NCBI RefSeq assembly: GCF_000143415.4
Contig: NW_003314268.1
Coordinates: 2,795,442 to 2,859,441, forward strand
DNA length: 64,000 nt
Origin: Selaginella moellendorffii
Lineage: Eukaryota > Plantae > Lycopodiophyta
Reading direction: 5' to 3'
Part shown: piece after piece, positions 24,657-38,307 of the stretch
Numbering within the stretch: the first letter of the stretch is position 1
Layout of the letters: every line of letters starts with the position of its first letter
Made by a program: the position numbers and the translations under genes
Notes under the pieces: generated by a model
Seen by the model: only the letters and a program-made list of their open reading frames with translations
Told to the model about the DNA's origin: nothing
Databases searched by the model: none

Positions 24657-26340
24657 ATGCCACTGGGATTTCGGGGTAATCTGAGCTCCTGGTGCTGGTC
24701 GTTTTCCGGGCCGAGAATGACTTCCAATTCTCCTGCCACGCCTACGCTCCCGCAGCGCGTCTCAGCCATGCCAAGAATCCCTTGCTCTTCGGCGGGGAAG
24801 GATTTCTCCTTGACTTCCAGCAGCGCAGTGGTAGCTGGGGACAGCGATTGCTTCTGGAAGCCCGAGCTCACTCCCGCGGAGATCGCTGCTTGCAAGGAGG
24901 CGTTTGATGCGATTAACTGGAAGCTGGAGACGCCGGAGAGCATTTACAGGGAATTCTCCTCCCTCAGGGTTCGTATTGTTTTAGAATTTTTCTTTTTCTT
25001 GCTTGATTGCTTCGTGTTCTTCATATAGATTGTCTTTTGGTCTTTCTTCTTTATCTTGGTCTGGAAAGTTGTGATTGCTTGTTCTACAGTGCACTTCATT
25101 GCTATCTACAAACTCAATTGTTTCGATCTCTCGCAGCTTAGCTCGTTACCGAAACGAGAACTTATTGGGAAATTCAAAGCGGCCGCGTCAAATGCATGTT
25201 ACAACAAAGACAGATACAGCGACGTGCTGCCTTGTATCCTTTTTTCTGTCCCTTCATTCTCTTCCAAGTTGGCTGTAGATCCTTGATTTTTTTTCTCGCT
25301 GCTAGTTGATGAGACGCGTGTGATACTACGAAAAACTAAAGAATCCGACTCTGACTACATCAACGCGAATTTCGTAGAGGTTACTTTACTTGCATTCTAC
25401 GCGGCTTCACGAGATGCTTACTTTGTGTGTTGCAACAGTCTCCCGCGTTTGGTCATTCGTTTATTGCGACACAGGGGCCCTTGAAAACAACTATAGCGGA
25501 TTTTTGGGAGATGGTGATGCAGCAGAGGTGTCCCGCCATTATCATGCTGACGAGTTTGGTGCATGGTAGCCTGGTAAATCCCATCCCATGCTTCCATGCT
25601 TCTTCTACTCACGCTTTCTACAACAGGATAAATGCGCACCGTATTTTCCACCAGCAGCTAATGAGCAACAAGTTTATGGTCGTCTGAGAGTGACAAACAA
25701 AGGTCTTGGCCACAGTAGTCACTCGATTACGAAGAGAGTATTTGAAGTCCAGCCTGTCGAGGTATGTTGGTCCTGGATTTATCTGTGATTCTGAAAAACT
25801 AGCAGGTGTCTCTTGCGTAGCTCACTCAAGAACCTCCTTTGTGCGTTTTGCATTTGGAGTACCTTCACTGGCCAGACCACGGAGTTCCAGCGTATACAAG
25901 ACCAATTCGGGAGCTCTATCGATGCATAAGCACGATACCGGACGATGCCGGTCCCATTGTCGTCCACTGCAGGTAAACTCCGCCATGTCCATCACGGCTT
26001 TTCTTTAAACTGCGCCGTATTCTATCTAGTGCTGGGATTGGACGGAGTGGGGCATATATTGGAATCGACCAAACTTTGCGAAGGATACTGAAAGGTGACT
26101 TGACTGCTGTCAATCTCCAAGATACAGTTATGCGTTTGAGGGATCACAGATATGGAATGGTACAGACAAAGGTAATGAAATTATAAAAGAATTCGAGATC
26201 ATTATGTACTAAGCTTAGTTTTGACGTTGCAGGCACAGTACCACTTTATCTATGCGGCAGTGTTAGACGAGCTGCAGGATCTCATTCAAACTGGTGATTG
26301 CGAATCTTCGGCCCAAACAGAACAGTGTCTTAAGAAATGA
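24657..26340 (+). CDS. PTP1: Classical tyrosine-specific protein phosphatase, multi-exon
   Basis: [65 protein letters not shown]; start codon uncertain (24657, 24717 or 24768). Confidence 0.9.
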
Positions 26341-26361
26341 ATCAAATGGTACGATCTCTTC

Positions 26362-29300
26362 TTAAATCATTTCTATGGTCGGCTCTAGAAGATCGTAAAT
26401 TACTTTGGGGGCCTTCCTTGCAGCCGCGTGAAGCTCCTGTTGTTGATAGAACGCGAGCTCAGAGAGAGATAATGCATTGAAAGAAAAGAAACGGTGATGA
26501 ATTCGTTACCTGGATTGCAAATCCTACTCTGAGGAGCGTTGCTTCTTGCCATGGACGGCCGATGAGCTGAAGGCCAATTGGCAGTCCTTGGTCGTCATAG
26601 CCAACCTGCGAAGGAAAAGCTCGTCAAAGATTTGGACGAGAGAATAGATGAAATCGATTTTGGTACCGACCGGGACGCTAAGACAGGGAAGGCCGAGCAA
26701 GTTGCCAGTCGCGATGAATCTCATCAAAGTCCCTGTGACAAGAGAGTTTATACTTCTTTTACTTAGAGCCGGAATAAAAGTTCTTACCAGCTTTTACGAA
26801 GTCTGATTCACCTATGCTTAACGAGTCCTGTGGTATCACTGGAGCTGTACATCTAAAAAGTAAAGAAAACAAAAAAATGAGATTTAATTTGAAAAAAAAA
26901 AGTTTTTTCTTTGTTTTTCTACACTTACGGTGTCGTTGGTACAACGATAATGTCGACTTTTTTAAATGCCTCCATATAATAGTACATGTTGCGCCGCCTG
27001 TCGAGATTTCTATCGAGATTAGCAAGAAATGCCAAGACAAAGAACACCTTAGACATTGAGAACCAATGTAGTAGCTCGCATTGAAATGCTTAAAAATCGC
27101 CAGTGTCCCTCTCACCTCGTAACTTATATCCTTTCTACTGCCGAGACACAAGAAAGAGCGTTGAAGAACCTTTCCTTGTTAGCTTCGAAGGGGAAGTTTA
27201 AAACTTACACGTAGTTGTAGTCGTGGTTGAGGGAGGTCATGATCTCTGATCCGCAAGTTACCAAGTGCGCAGCGCGAAGTTCCTCAAGCTCCGGAATCAC
27301 GATCTCGACAGTCTGCAGCGTGGAAGTTTGAGCATAGACGAGAACTAGTTGAGAAAGACGAAGAGGAAATTCTTTTGTTCTTGCCTCAGTGCCAAACTCG
27401 CTTTTAAGCGCGTCGAGTGTTCTGTCGCAAGCCTTGGTTATTTCTTGATCCAACACGTCGTAATACCACTGGCATGACTTCTCGATCAGAACTCCCAAAT
27501 CTCAAGTGCTGTAAAGTACCTTGGAGTATTTTCCAAACTTTAGATTGCCTAGGATGGAATTTTTCTCAAGCAATGGAAAGCAGGGAGGCGGCTGCACAAA
27601 AGGAATACACTGTAAGGAAAAATAAATTCAAAGTGTTAAGGAGTTTTACAGGTTTTGAGTAGAGGACATCGCTTTCATGACTGCCAAGAACAGCTGCATA
27701 GCTGCATCAATGAGATTCAATACAGTGATACGCAATCTTTGTAAAAGCAAAAGCTCCTTACACGATCATCAAATCCTCAATGTTTGCCGCGATTGGACCG
27801 ACGCACAGCATGCTCCATCCCCCCTTTAATCCTCTGGAAAACCAGCAAGATGAAAGCTTTAGGAAGAGCAGTAGAAAAGAGATCAAGACATACCCGCGGC
27901 ATGTCGTGCGACCAGTGGTGGTTTTGAGCCCGACGATTCCACACAAGGAAGAAGGAATTCTGATAGAACCTTCAAGAAGGAAAAAAAAAATACAAAATAC
28001 AAAACGCATCGATGGAAGTTTTATGAACGAAAATTGTTTGCGAAACCTCCGACGTCGGTTCCAAGAGCTGCTGGACACAGCCCTGAAGCGACGAGAGCGC
28101 TGCTTCCCGACGAAGATCCTCCGGTGTAGCGTTTAACGTCGTATGGATTCCTCACTGTCCTGTGAAAAATGGATCGAATCTTGAGAGTAACAACACGGTG
28201 GAATTTCCACGCTTGGGGATTCTAGAAAGCTCTTGCGAACCGCTTACCCGAAAAATGGATTGTTTCCCGTGGTTCCCATGCCGGCCTCGTGCATGTTGGC
28301 TTTTCCAGGAAAGATGGCTCCGCATTTTCTCAGCCGTGAAACGCAGACTGAATCATCCTTGGTCTTTCGGATCTTTTTCACCCACACCGACGCTCCTGCG
28401 TGGTTGCTCTTTAGATGAAAACTAAAGTCTCCAGTAGAGAAGAATGAGTTACCATTGGTTTCGTAAGGAAGGCAGTCGATGTCGTCTTTGATCGCTATAA
28501 AAATTCCATCCAGTATAGAGATGGGATTCCCTGCACCAAACGATGGAGTTACTACACTGGTTGAAAAGAAGAAAACCGAGTCGCACCATTTGCAAACCTC
28601 TCCGTGGAAGCAGCGGCTTGCTTGAGTAAGTCCTGTTTGTCCATTGACACGAAGTAAGCCATTGGTGGATTTCTACGTTGCGAGTCATCCACAGCTTTGA
28701 TGAACCTCTCGGCAACCTGGAGCAATCCCGAAGATGGTAAAAGAATGTCAAGAGCTATAACCATGAAAGCTCACCTGAGTTGGCGTTAGTTTCTTGGATC
28801 TATAAGCCTCGGCATAATCTCTTATGCTCCAAAATCTAAACGCATAGTCCGTGTTGGTATGATCCGGGACACATTTCCAAGCTTGTTCCACACGAAGCAG
28901 AGGATCATCACTTTCACAAGTCTGTGTATACGGTTCCTCGGCTGCAAAAATGAAAGTTATAAAGCTAGAGACAAACTGAAAAAACTCCAGCTAGCTTTTA
29001 CCAGGAGCTGGGTACTCTGGAAGGAACATTGGCCCATCTGGAATATCTATGCCATCAAATACCTGCCAAACGAAACCAAGAAAGAAAAAAAATAAAGGAA
29101 AAGAAATATATATTTGTAAGATACCTTTGACACCCCATTGGTCTTGAGCAAGTGCTTGTATAGAATCCCACCAAAGAGCCTACTCTCCATGAGCCACACG
29201 GACAATTTTAAGGGAAACCCAGTGAGCCTTGGGCCTGGAAGCATAGCTTTGAGACTAGAAAACCACCCAAAAAAAGATTTTTTGTACAAAACCTTCAAGG

Positions 29301-29374
29301 TTGGATCGTGTGTAGACGACAGATCCTTGTAGAACTTCCTCCACAGGCAGCATTTTTTTCCTTTTGTCAGCCAT
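26362..29374 (-). CDS. FAAH: Fatty acid amide hydrolase (amidase signature), multi-exon
   Basis: [14 protein letters not shown]; [11 protein letters not shown]; IAIKDDID; [42 protein letters not shown]; [18 protein letters not shown]; stop at 26362. Confidence 0.9.
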
Positions 29375-29699
29375 CCTGCGGCCGGAGACTGATGAGATTT
29401 GTGTGGCTTCATCACCGACAAATCGCCAGAAATCTAAAGAAAAAGGACACTCACCGGATCAGCGAACTCTAGAACTCGTTTGCGCCCAAATGCGTAGCGG
29501 CTCGTGAAATCGCGAAGAAACGCGTGAACCTGAGAGATTTTCTCTTCCCCTGAGAGGGCAAAAGAGCTGACATAAATGAGATGATTCAACCACCGCAAGA
29601 ATTTTGACAAATAGAATTTGTGACTTTCTTAAACTACTCTCTAGAACTTCGTGTACCATATTATTCCAAGTACGTACTAAGGATCTCCTTGTTCCAGAA

Positions 29700-30024
29700 A
29701 ATCCCACAACGGAGCTTGGTCGTGTTCACGCTCATGCTCGAAGGTTATGGTCAATCTGGAAATCTCGACGAGGTAAAGAGGAGCTTCGACTCGATGGCAC
29801 AGCCAAACTTAGCAGCCTTCACGATCCTTGTCTCGGCCTACGCTCGCTGCTGTCGCATCGCAGACGCTCAGGAGTTCTTCTTCCACGCTATGCCTTAGTG
29901 GGACACAGTCGTGCTGAACGTGATGATCGAAGCCTTCGCGAGCAGCAGGATGATTAGCGAGGCCAGGGGCATCTTCGACGGCATGGAAACTCGAGACGGC
30001 GTGACTTGGACGGCGATGATCGTG
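29700..30024 (+). pseudogene. PLS-class PPR gene fragment
   Basis: LVVFTLMLEGYGQSGNLDEVKRSFDSMAQPNLAAFT...EARGIFDGMETRDGVTWTAMI with an internal stop. Confidence 0.75.
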
Positions 30025-30390
30025 CCACAGGGCAGCGTTCCGCGGCTCCGGTGAAGCGTCGAAGAGTTTCCGAGCCTCGTCAACCTTTCCTGCTCTAGAG
30101 AAAGCCATCCAATCGCGCTTGGACATTGTGTCGAAGATCACCTCGCTCCGCGTGTGCCTGGACGAGAGAGTTATACGATGCCAGGTCCCAGGAGGGCATG
30201 AGCGAAAACACTTCTTCCAGACGATGGCTTCCATCTCGCCAAAGGCTGGATGCCCGAGAGGAACATCATCACCTGGAACTCGATGCTAGCTTCTCTCGCG
30301 GGAGATCTAGGTGCCCGTTTTGGCCGTAAGCCGCTACCAGTGCTGTGAGAGACACCACATTCCACTGGGGAGCATTCGACGCAACCCCTC
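30021..30390 (-). pseudogene. PLS-class PPR gene fragment in opposite orientation
   Basis: PQWNVVSLTALVAAYGQNGHLD, VFSLMPSWDLASYNSLVQA, AFSRAGKVDEARKLFDASPEPRNAALW across frameshifts. Confidence 0.7.
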
Positions 30391-30649
30391 TATCCCAGGG
30401 ATTCTTCCAAACTTAGTGTCCGTACGCGGTTGCTCCAGCAGGCGTACGGTCAAAGAGGTTTTTTAAGTCGAATCTTCTCGATCGATCAAGCAGCCAAAAG
30501 CTCTTTAATTTCGCTATGGCCGGTTGGATCGCTCCTCTCGCACACTTTTACCCAGCATATAGTTCAAGCTATACCAATGGACCGGAAATAGGTCTCCGAA
30601 TATACCCACAGTTGACAGGTCCTTTTTCCGCACCATTGGCACTCTGTGA

Positions 30650-31470
30650 ATGAAGAGATACTTGGAACAAGAGGAAGGAGCCAAGAGGCAGCGAGTCTGT
30701 TGTTCCGAGAGCATGGGGGCGTTTGATGATCTGGGCGCTGATCTGGTGCTCGACATCTTGTCTCGCCTCAAGCCAGCAGATATTATCGTCAAAGCCGGGG
30801 GCGTCTGCTAGCAATGGCATCGCCTGTCACGCTCGCAGGAGCTGAGAGAAGCTGTGGCTAGCAGAACTGCCGGAGATCCATGGTTTGGAGATTCGGAGCC
30901 ATGGGTTGTGCTCCAATTTGGCCACCGCTTGCGCTGGTATCCTTCACTGGAAGCTCTCCTCAACAATCGGAGCAAGCTTCTTCATCAGTCCTTTTGGGTG
31001 GGTCCGCGGGACTCCTGGCATGCTCGCTGGGGCTTGTGTGTGGGAGGCTGGAGGATCTGGAGGAGGCTGGCAGCGAGGCGACTACTCTAGCTGTTGGAAA
31101 TCCACTCACGAATGTATGGAAAATTCTTCCCAGGATTGATATCAATGCTCAATGTACGACCAATCATTAGAGTGAAAAGGTCAGGGCATTACCATGTAAT
31201 TCTCAAGTTTGATGACCAGCATGCTATGGATTATGATTCCAAGACATGCTTGGGGAGCTCGTCCTTGTCGTCAGATCTCAACTCCACTGTACTTTTGTGG
31301 ATCGTCTCCATGTAACACAGGGACAGGTTTGTGTTGCGGGTGGACAAAAGCCCATCGAGTTGGAGGTTCTTCTTGACGAAGTACCAACACATCCTGCTCT
31401 ACAAGGATCGGCACTTGTCAGATGAGAAAATTTTGATCAAGGGAGTACTGTTGCATTCCTTCCTACTTTA
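30650..31470 (+). pseudogene. F-box protein pseudogene
   Basis: FDDLGADLVLDILSRLKPADIIVKAGGVC*QWHRL (TAG at 30809); LACSLGLVC...LAVGNPLTNVWKILP in a shifted frame; further decayed similar coding may run to ~32090. Confidence 0.75.
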
Positions 31471-34400
31471 GCCATACCTTGATCTGAAACAGATTTATAT
31501 GGAAAGAAAACCTTATAAAATCAAAGTTTGACGTCCCTAGGCCAAAATTTTATACTTATTATTGGGGAAGCTTATATGTGTCTCTTCAAGAGTTTAAGAA
31601 TGGCATCATCCATCCAAGGAGCTGTTGCCAAACTTTGTAAAAGCCAGATTTAGCCAATCAGCACCATTGGATGGGCATAATCTTCTCACTTCGTTCCCAC
31701 ATGGTTTCTCTTCCTATGTAAATTTGTAAGGCTTGTTGGTGGTCTAAGATGTAGTGAATGAGGCTTGTTAGATGGCTCATGGAGGCTCAAACTTGGATTT
31801 TTCAGCTTATGATTGTGTGAGCTGCCCAAAAAAATGAAGGTGTCAACATTGTTTTGATGAGTGTGATGGGGCAAGCTTTATGCTGTCCTGTTCAATAGAG
31901 GAGAAGTAACTTAAGCCTTTGCCAAATCAACAAGGCTATACCCTTGCCATTGTGGGACTAACTTTTCTTTTAGCCTGGCAATACTATAATCAATTGTAGT
32001 AGTTCAATGATAAAAACAACCAAAGGATGTTAGGAATCTGAAAGCTTGGTATGTTTGGCTGTTTATGCCTGCACAGAGTGTAGCCAAGGTTTAACTCCTT
32101 AAGTCCATTCTAACTCAAGGAAGGGGATTAAAAGAAAATTTAAGAATTTATGAATGGATGGGTAACACTTTATTATTTGTGTAGTGAATAGTTGAAACTA
32201 AATAAGACCAACCAAGAGCTGGTACAATAAACAAAAATCTTGGTAAGGGAATTTAACTAACGTTAAAGTAGTGGTGGTCAAATAAATAAAGTAAGTTAGC
32301 AAATTAAACTATTAAGGAGGAGTTAGCAAAGTATGCTATTAAGAAGCTTGTGGAGCTGAATTTCAAACTCTCCTTGTCTTACACAATGTCCTACGAGCTC
32401 AACAAATTAACAAACTTGTCTAAGGCATGTCAATGTAGCATACATGGTTTTTACCTTTTATCCTATAGTGATTTACCATAGGATAACCACGGAAGTGAAA
32501 CCTAAACCCTCCATGTGCTATGTGTTATATGCCACGTGCCACATGCCACATGTTTACAGGATAGTGGTGTAGAACCCAAATTTCAAAGCCTTGGGGCACT
32601 AAACGAAGAAATAGAGCTAAACTCTCAAGTATGGAGCCAAGGAGCAATGGCACTAGAGCATAGAATGACTCTCGAGCATATAGCCCAAGGAGCAAAGGGA
32701 TAGGAGCACGGAACGACTTTGAACAGTTCTAAAGTATCGAGCATCCCAATGCTAGGGCTAGCATGCAAAATGGAGTTTAGTGTTATTTCAGCATACTAGT
32801 GGCATAACGCAAAGATATGGGTACTCCACCAGCTACTTCAAAAAGGGTGGCTCATGAGGCCAAGCATGGAGGAGTTCATGCATGATCATAGACTTGTTAA
32901 GTGAAAGGACTTGGCAGTGTTGAGGAACTAAGTTCCTAAGCTGTGATTTGTAGCGTGCTTTAACTATAAGTTGGTGCATTGGCATGGGGAGTCAGGTCAG
33001 GCATCTTGGGTGATGCTTTCTGTAGATGCATATATGGAGGTTAGGTTCGAGTCCCGACCCTCTAGTGCTTGGGTTTGAGTCCCAATTCACTAGGACACAA
33101 TGATAGTTTGAAATATGAGGACACTCATTTTTCGGTAGTCATGGACTCTCAGGAAGGAGACTGGCTTGGGTACACCGCCAAGCGGGGGATGCCCCAGAGT
33201 TGTGATGCAGGGTTAGATTGCTTAGTGTGGCTCGGTATATCTAACTTGAACACTTTGGTGTGAGTGGCACTAAGGGTATGGGGAATGAGATGAGGACACC
33301 CAGTCTCAGTTGCTATGGACCCTTAGCTAGAAAGGCTGGGTTGGGTGCACCGCCAAGTGTGGGGGATGCCCCCAGGGTCATGGTGAACAACTTAGAGATC
33401 TGGAGGATTTAGTACCTATTAGCAAACTTGTTAAGATGCCAAGGTTAGATCACTAGGTGATCTTATAGCTAAAACAAGAACAAGGTCCTTGTGAGGTTAA
33501 GGGATAGGGTTTCTAGTTCAAAGTGTTAATTTGAACTATTGATGATGGTGTGGCTTGGTTAAGGTGACCAAGTGGGAAGAACACCTAAGGGAAATGATCT
33601 GTGACAATGCGATGGCATAGTGAGTCCAAAGAAAGTAGTCTCTATAATAGACCCATAAGAGGGTCACAAAGTTGGGCTAGGGATAGAGCCCATAGTAGAA
33701 AATGTTAAAGAGACGTTGGCAAAGCTAAAGTCTTTGCTATGGAACCGAAAGGATACCTCAAGAATGGAGGTAGCAATCTAATGTTGTTGGGTGCAACAAT
33801 CAAAGATAGGAGCAAAAGACTAGTGGCTAAGAAAAGAGCCATGGGAATCATGGGAAAGAATCCAAAAGGCAAAGTTAGGCCAAGAACACTAATGTGTTGG
33901 GTGCTAACGAATTGTGGGAAAGACAATGTGTTTCCAATGATAGATTCCTAATTGCTCCAATTTAGCGAAAGTGAAAGCTCTAAGAGAAGGTGTGATAAGG
34001 TAGCCAAATGATAAGGCCATAGACAGCCTTAGCACAAATTATGATAACTGGAACTTAGTGCCCGAAGTGGCACGAAATAGAAGAGAGGATGACAGTGCTC
34101 TCAAATAGAGAACTTCTTAGGATGGGGAAGTAAAGTTGCACAATATGTGCAATGCAAGGTGTCGGAAACATTTAGAAAATTGACTTCAAGAAGTCAAAAG
34201 TAAAAATTCCAAAGTGTAAAGGTTATATTGATGGAAACTGAGACTATTTGAGGAGATTGAGATAGAGACGGTGTCTCTAACAAGTTTAACGAGAACTAAA
34301 CCAATAAAAGGAGAAAACCACCACAAGTGGTCTAATTAGTCTTTAAGTTGAAGAAACTATCCTCCTTAGAGGATAGGCAAGGCATGGTGAGCCTTTGGTA

Positions 34401-36409
34401 TCAAACCATTGACGAATATTGGTGAAGTGTCAAGAATGGAAAGGGTAATACATGTTGGTATTACTTTATAAAATAGTTTATCATTCGATGAGGACATTAA
34501 ACTTCCTCTATGGGTGGTGGAGTTGTGAGACACAAAATCCCTAGGCCCCAAAGTGGAGCCAAAAGGGTGCCATGTGGTAGTGGCCGAAGCAAAAGCCAAA
34601 CGAGCGTAACACATTTGGATTAAAAGCTCCAATTTAAAAGGTCGAGAGCAGGAGTGGAACTCCTAACGAATTGCTCGAGGAACAAGCATAAAGTAAGCAA
34701 TAAGTGAGTCTCTAGAAAAAGGACATAAGAGGACTAACACATGACACGTGGAGGAGTCCAAGATGGACTCGAGATGGACCTGAGATGGAGTCCGAAACGG
34801 ACCCGAGATAAAGTCCAAGATGGAGTCCGAGATGGATCTGAGATAGAGTCCAAGATGGACCCGAGATGGAGTCCAAGATAGACCTGAGATGACCCGATAT
34901 AGAGTCTGAGATGGAGTCTGAGATGGACCCAAGTTGGAGTCTGAGATAGACCCGAGATGGAGTCCGAGATGGAGTCGAGATGGAGTCCAAGATGGAGTCC
35001 GAGATGGAGTCCGAGATGGATCCGAGAGGAGTCCGAGATGGAGTCTGAGATGGACCTGAGTGTAAGCGACTAATTTTTCCATTCTACTGTAGTCACTTAA
35101 CCACACCTCTGACCACTTGAAGGAGTCTCACTCACAACCTCCATAAGTCTTATTTTGGACTTGGGCTTGCTAGCCCCGAGAATGGCATCCCTGCCACTTA
35201 ACCTTTGCACTTGGTCCAAGTGCTCCACGTGTCCGATCCCATAACCAACACCCCAAAGTACCACTGACATATCAGCCCATTACACTAAGGCCATGCCCAT
35301 TCACCTTGGTCACATCGGTGGTCTGACACCACCTACATCACAGTTCTATCTCTCAAAGACTGGGCCATCCGTCCATGAGTGATCATCCCAGATCCACTCC
35401 TTAGCATCCTTAGGACGCCCATAGATATAGGGAATAGCCTTCCCCAATATCCCCTTTCTGGTCCCCACCAAGTCCTTTTCTGATCAAGGCCCACAGGTCT
35501 GACCACTAAGTCTCACAGTCCTCTGGGATTTCCTCCTCACATGACTGTATCCTTGGTCTCTACACTATAGGATGGCTCCTATTCCTTTTCACAGTCTGGG
35601 ACCTTGGTGTCGCAAATGTGACTTCGGGTATCGAAAGATACTTGTCGACCAGTCCTTACGGGCACTCTTTCCTTATTGCCATGATGGCAGGAGGTCGGTA
35701 CTGCTAGTTCCCTTTATTGGCCCCTCTTGTCCAAGTGTTAGTAAACTGGACTTAGCATCTGTACTTGGCCGGATGAGCATAAGGAAGGAATTCCTAAGTG
35801 TCTATTTAGCCAAGCATATTTGGCCCGGCTTGTTAGTTTTTTTTTTGCTCTGTCTTGCACTGGTTTGGCAAGAACCCTCACGTATTGAGACTAGTCCCTC
35901 AATATCGCCAGATGATAGTTTACCGTGTCTGCCAAACACCCTCGCTATCACGCCCTTTGTGTTGGTCTCATTTCGGTCTCAAATGCTATTTATGGAAAGT
36001 GTCTAGATTAGCTCATTTGGCATATCTACGGAATGTAGAGATCGGCCTGAACACAATGGTGTTCGTCCCATGTCCAAATTCGCAATCTAAGGACATTCCA
36101 TATTTAATAAGTTTCGAGCTTGTCCCAGAGACTAACTCCTGGTACTAAGGGAGGCTTGGGGTGAAAGCCCAAAGCGTGTGTTCCTCAAGGGGGGGTGGGG
36201 GGGTGGCTATGGGGGGTTCCAAATGTATAGTAGGGATAGTGGTTTGAATGCATGTCCGACCACCTGAGACATTAGTTTGGCTTCCGTTAGGCTGTGTCGC
36301 TCCTTGTTCTGCATCCGGCTTGGGTCTAAGCCCAAGCTCCATGCTGCTCTAGTCAGTGGAGTACCCTCCTTCTCGCGTTAGGCCACCGGTATGCCAAAAT
36401 TGTGCCAGA

Positions 36410-38307
36410 TCGAGAGGAGGAAACTCCTGCTAGAGATGCTGCGGAAGAGGCTGAGGCTGAGTCAGAAGAGGAAGAGCCGGATGCTGCAGCGCTGCAGCGA
36501 ACAGCTCAGGAAGTTGAGATCGAGAATTTGCGAAAGGAGATTTGCAAATTGAAGAAGGAGAACAAGAAGAGGAAGAAAGAGACTGAGGCAGCTAAACCAG
36601 CTAAGCCTAAGCAACTAGACTCCTCTTCGAGTTCTGAGGACGATGAAGTTCTGCAGCCGCCCCCGGTTGCACGAGTTTCAAAGTTCAAGCCCCCGAAACC
36701 ACTCAACTTCAGAGGCATGCGGGACTATCAGGTTTTGGAGGACTGGGTCTACGATATGGAAAACTATTTCATAGCGGCAGACGTAGATGATCGTACGAAA
36801 GTTGCGTGTGCGCAATCCTTTCTCACTGATCATGCCAAAACTTGGTGGCGCCAGGTGTGTGCTGAAAAAGGGCAAACTAGAAGTTGGACCAAGATGCAGT
36901 CTCGTATCCATAAGGAATACTTGCCGGATGATCTTGGTCTGAGACTTCGCGCGGAGCTGCGGCGGTTAAAGCAGCGAGGGGATCTCATGCATTACGTTAA
37001 TGCGTTTGCTCAGAAGCGCATTATGATTGCAAATATGAGTGACGAAGATGCTCGGAGTTATTTCCTGGAGGGTTTAAGTTCACTTTCTCGTAATGAGATT
37101 TTGAAGTTTAAGCCAAAGACGTACCTGAAGTGTAAGGAGGCGGCACAGCAAGTTGCCTTTAGTCACTCGCTCATGGAACAATATTAGCAACCGTAGAAAA
37201 AGGGCAGACTAGAAGTTGGACCAAGATGCGGTCTCGCATCCGTAAGGAATACTTGCCGGATGATCTTGGTCTGAGACTTTGTGCAGAGTTGCGGCGGTTA
37301 AAGCAGCAAGGGGATCTCATGCATTACGTTAATGGGTTTTCTCAGAAGTGCATTATGATTGCAAATATGAGTGACGAAGATGCTTGGAGTTATTTCCTGG
37401 AGGGTTTAAGTTCACTTTCTCGTAATGAGATTTTGAAGTTTAAGCCAAAGACGTACCTGGAGTGTAAGGAGGCGGCGCAGCAAGTTGCCTTTAGTCACTC
37501 GCTCATGGAACAATATCAGCAACCGTATGCTGGTAACTCGGATAAGAATAAAAATTCTGGGAATAAACAAGGTGATCGGAAACAGAGGGTGGAAAGTAGG
37601 TTCTGCCCTGGAGGCTCACAAGCAACGGTTAACAAAGGTGGTGGTGGTTGGAGACCACCACCAGCTTCTTCTGGTCCAAGGCCCTCTGTTCCTCCTCTTG
37701 GTGGGTACAAGCAGTAGCAACTGGCAAAACCTGCTCCTAGCGGAACGAGTAGTGTGGGTCATTGCTTCCATTGTGGAGAGTCGGGATATAGGTCCTCGGA
37801 ATGTCCCAACAAGCATAAGACAAGGTCTCGAGTTAATGTCATGAGGGAAGACGGTGGTGGTGAAGCTGAAGGGGTTGACGAGTTGGTCAATGCAGACTAT
37901 GAGGAAGAAGAGGTGAGTAACTATCGTTGCTTTCCTCAAGCTGATCTGTTGATGTATCTGGTAGGCTTTGTCCGTGGACACCGAATCCGAGTGATGATTG
38001 ACACGGGGCTACGCACAGCGTGATATCCGAAGACTTAGTTAAGTTGTTAGGATTGAATGCTGAGCAAATGTCGCCTATGCACTTCTGGTTTGCGGAAGGT
38101 GGGCAAGTAGCCAGAAAGTTTGTGAATGATGTTCCAATAAAGATATCCAAGTGGAAAGAAAGAGTGGACTTGGTAGTGTTGAAGATACCAGATTTTCATA
38201 TGGTGTTTGGTATGGATTTCTTCAACAAGTATATAAAAGGGATTTATGGTGCTAGACAAAGTCAAATCACATTGAAGTCAGAAGGACGTCTTGATGTATC
38301 CTTCTAG
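36410..38307 (+). pseudogene. gag: Element A gag + aspartic protease (disrupted)
   Basis: FRGMRDYQVLEDWVYDMENYF...AKTWW; 332 bp tandem duplication 36864-37195 / 37196-37527; knuckle CFHCGESGYRSSEC; VMIDTG ~37991. Confidence 0.9.
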
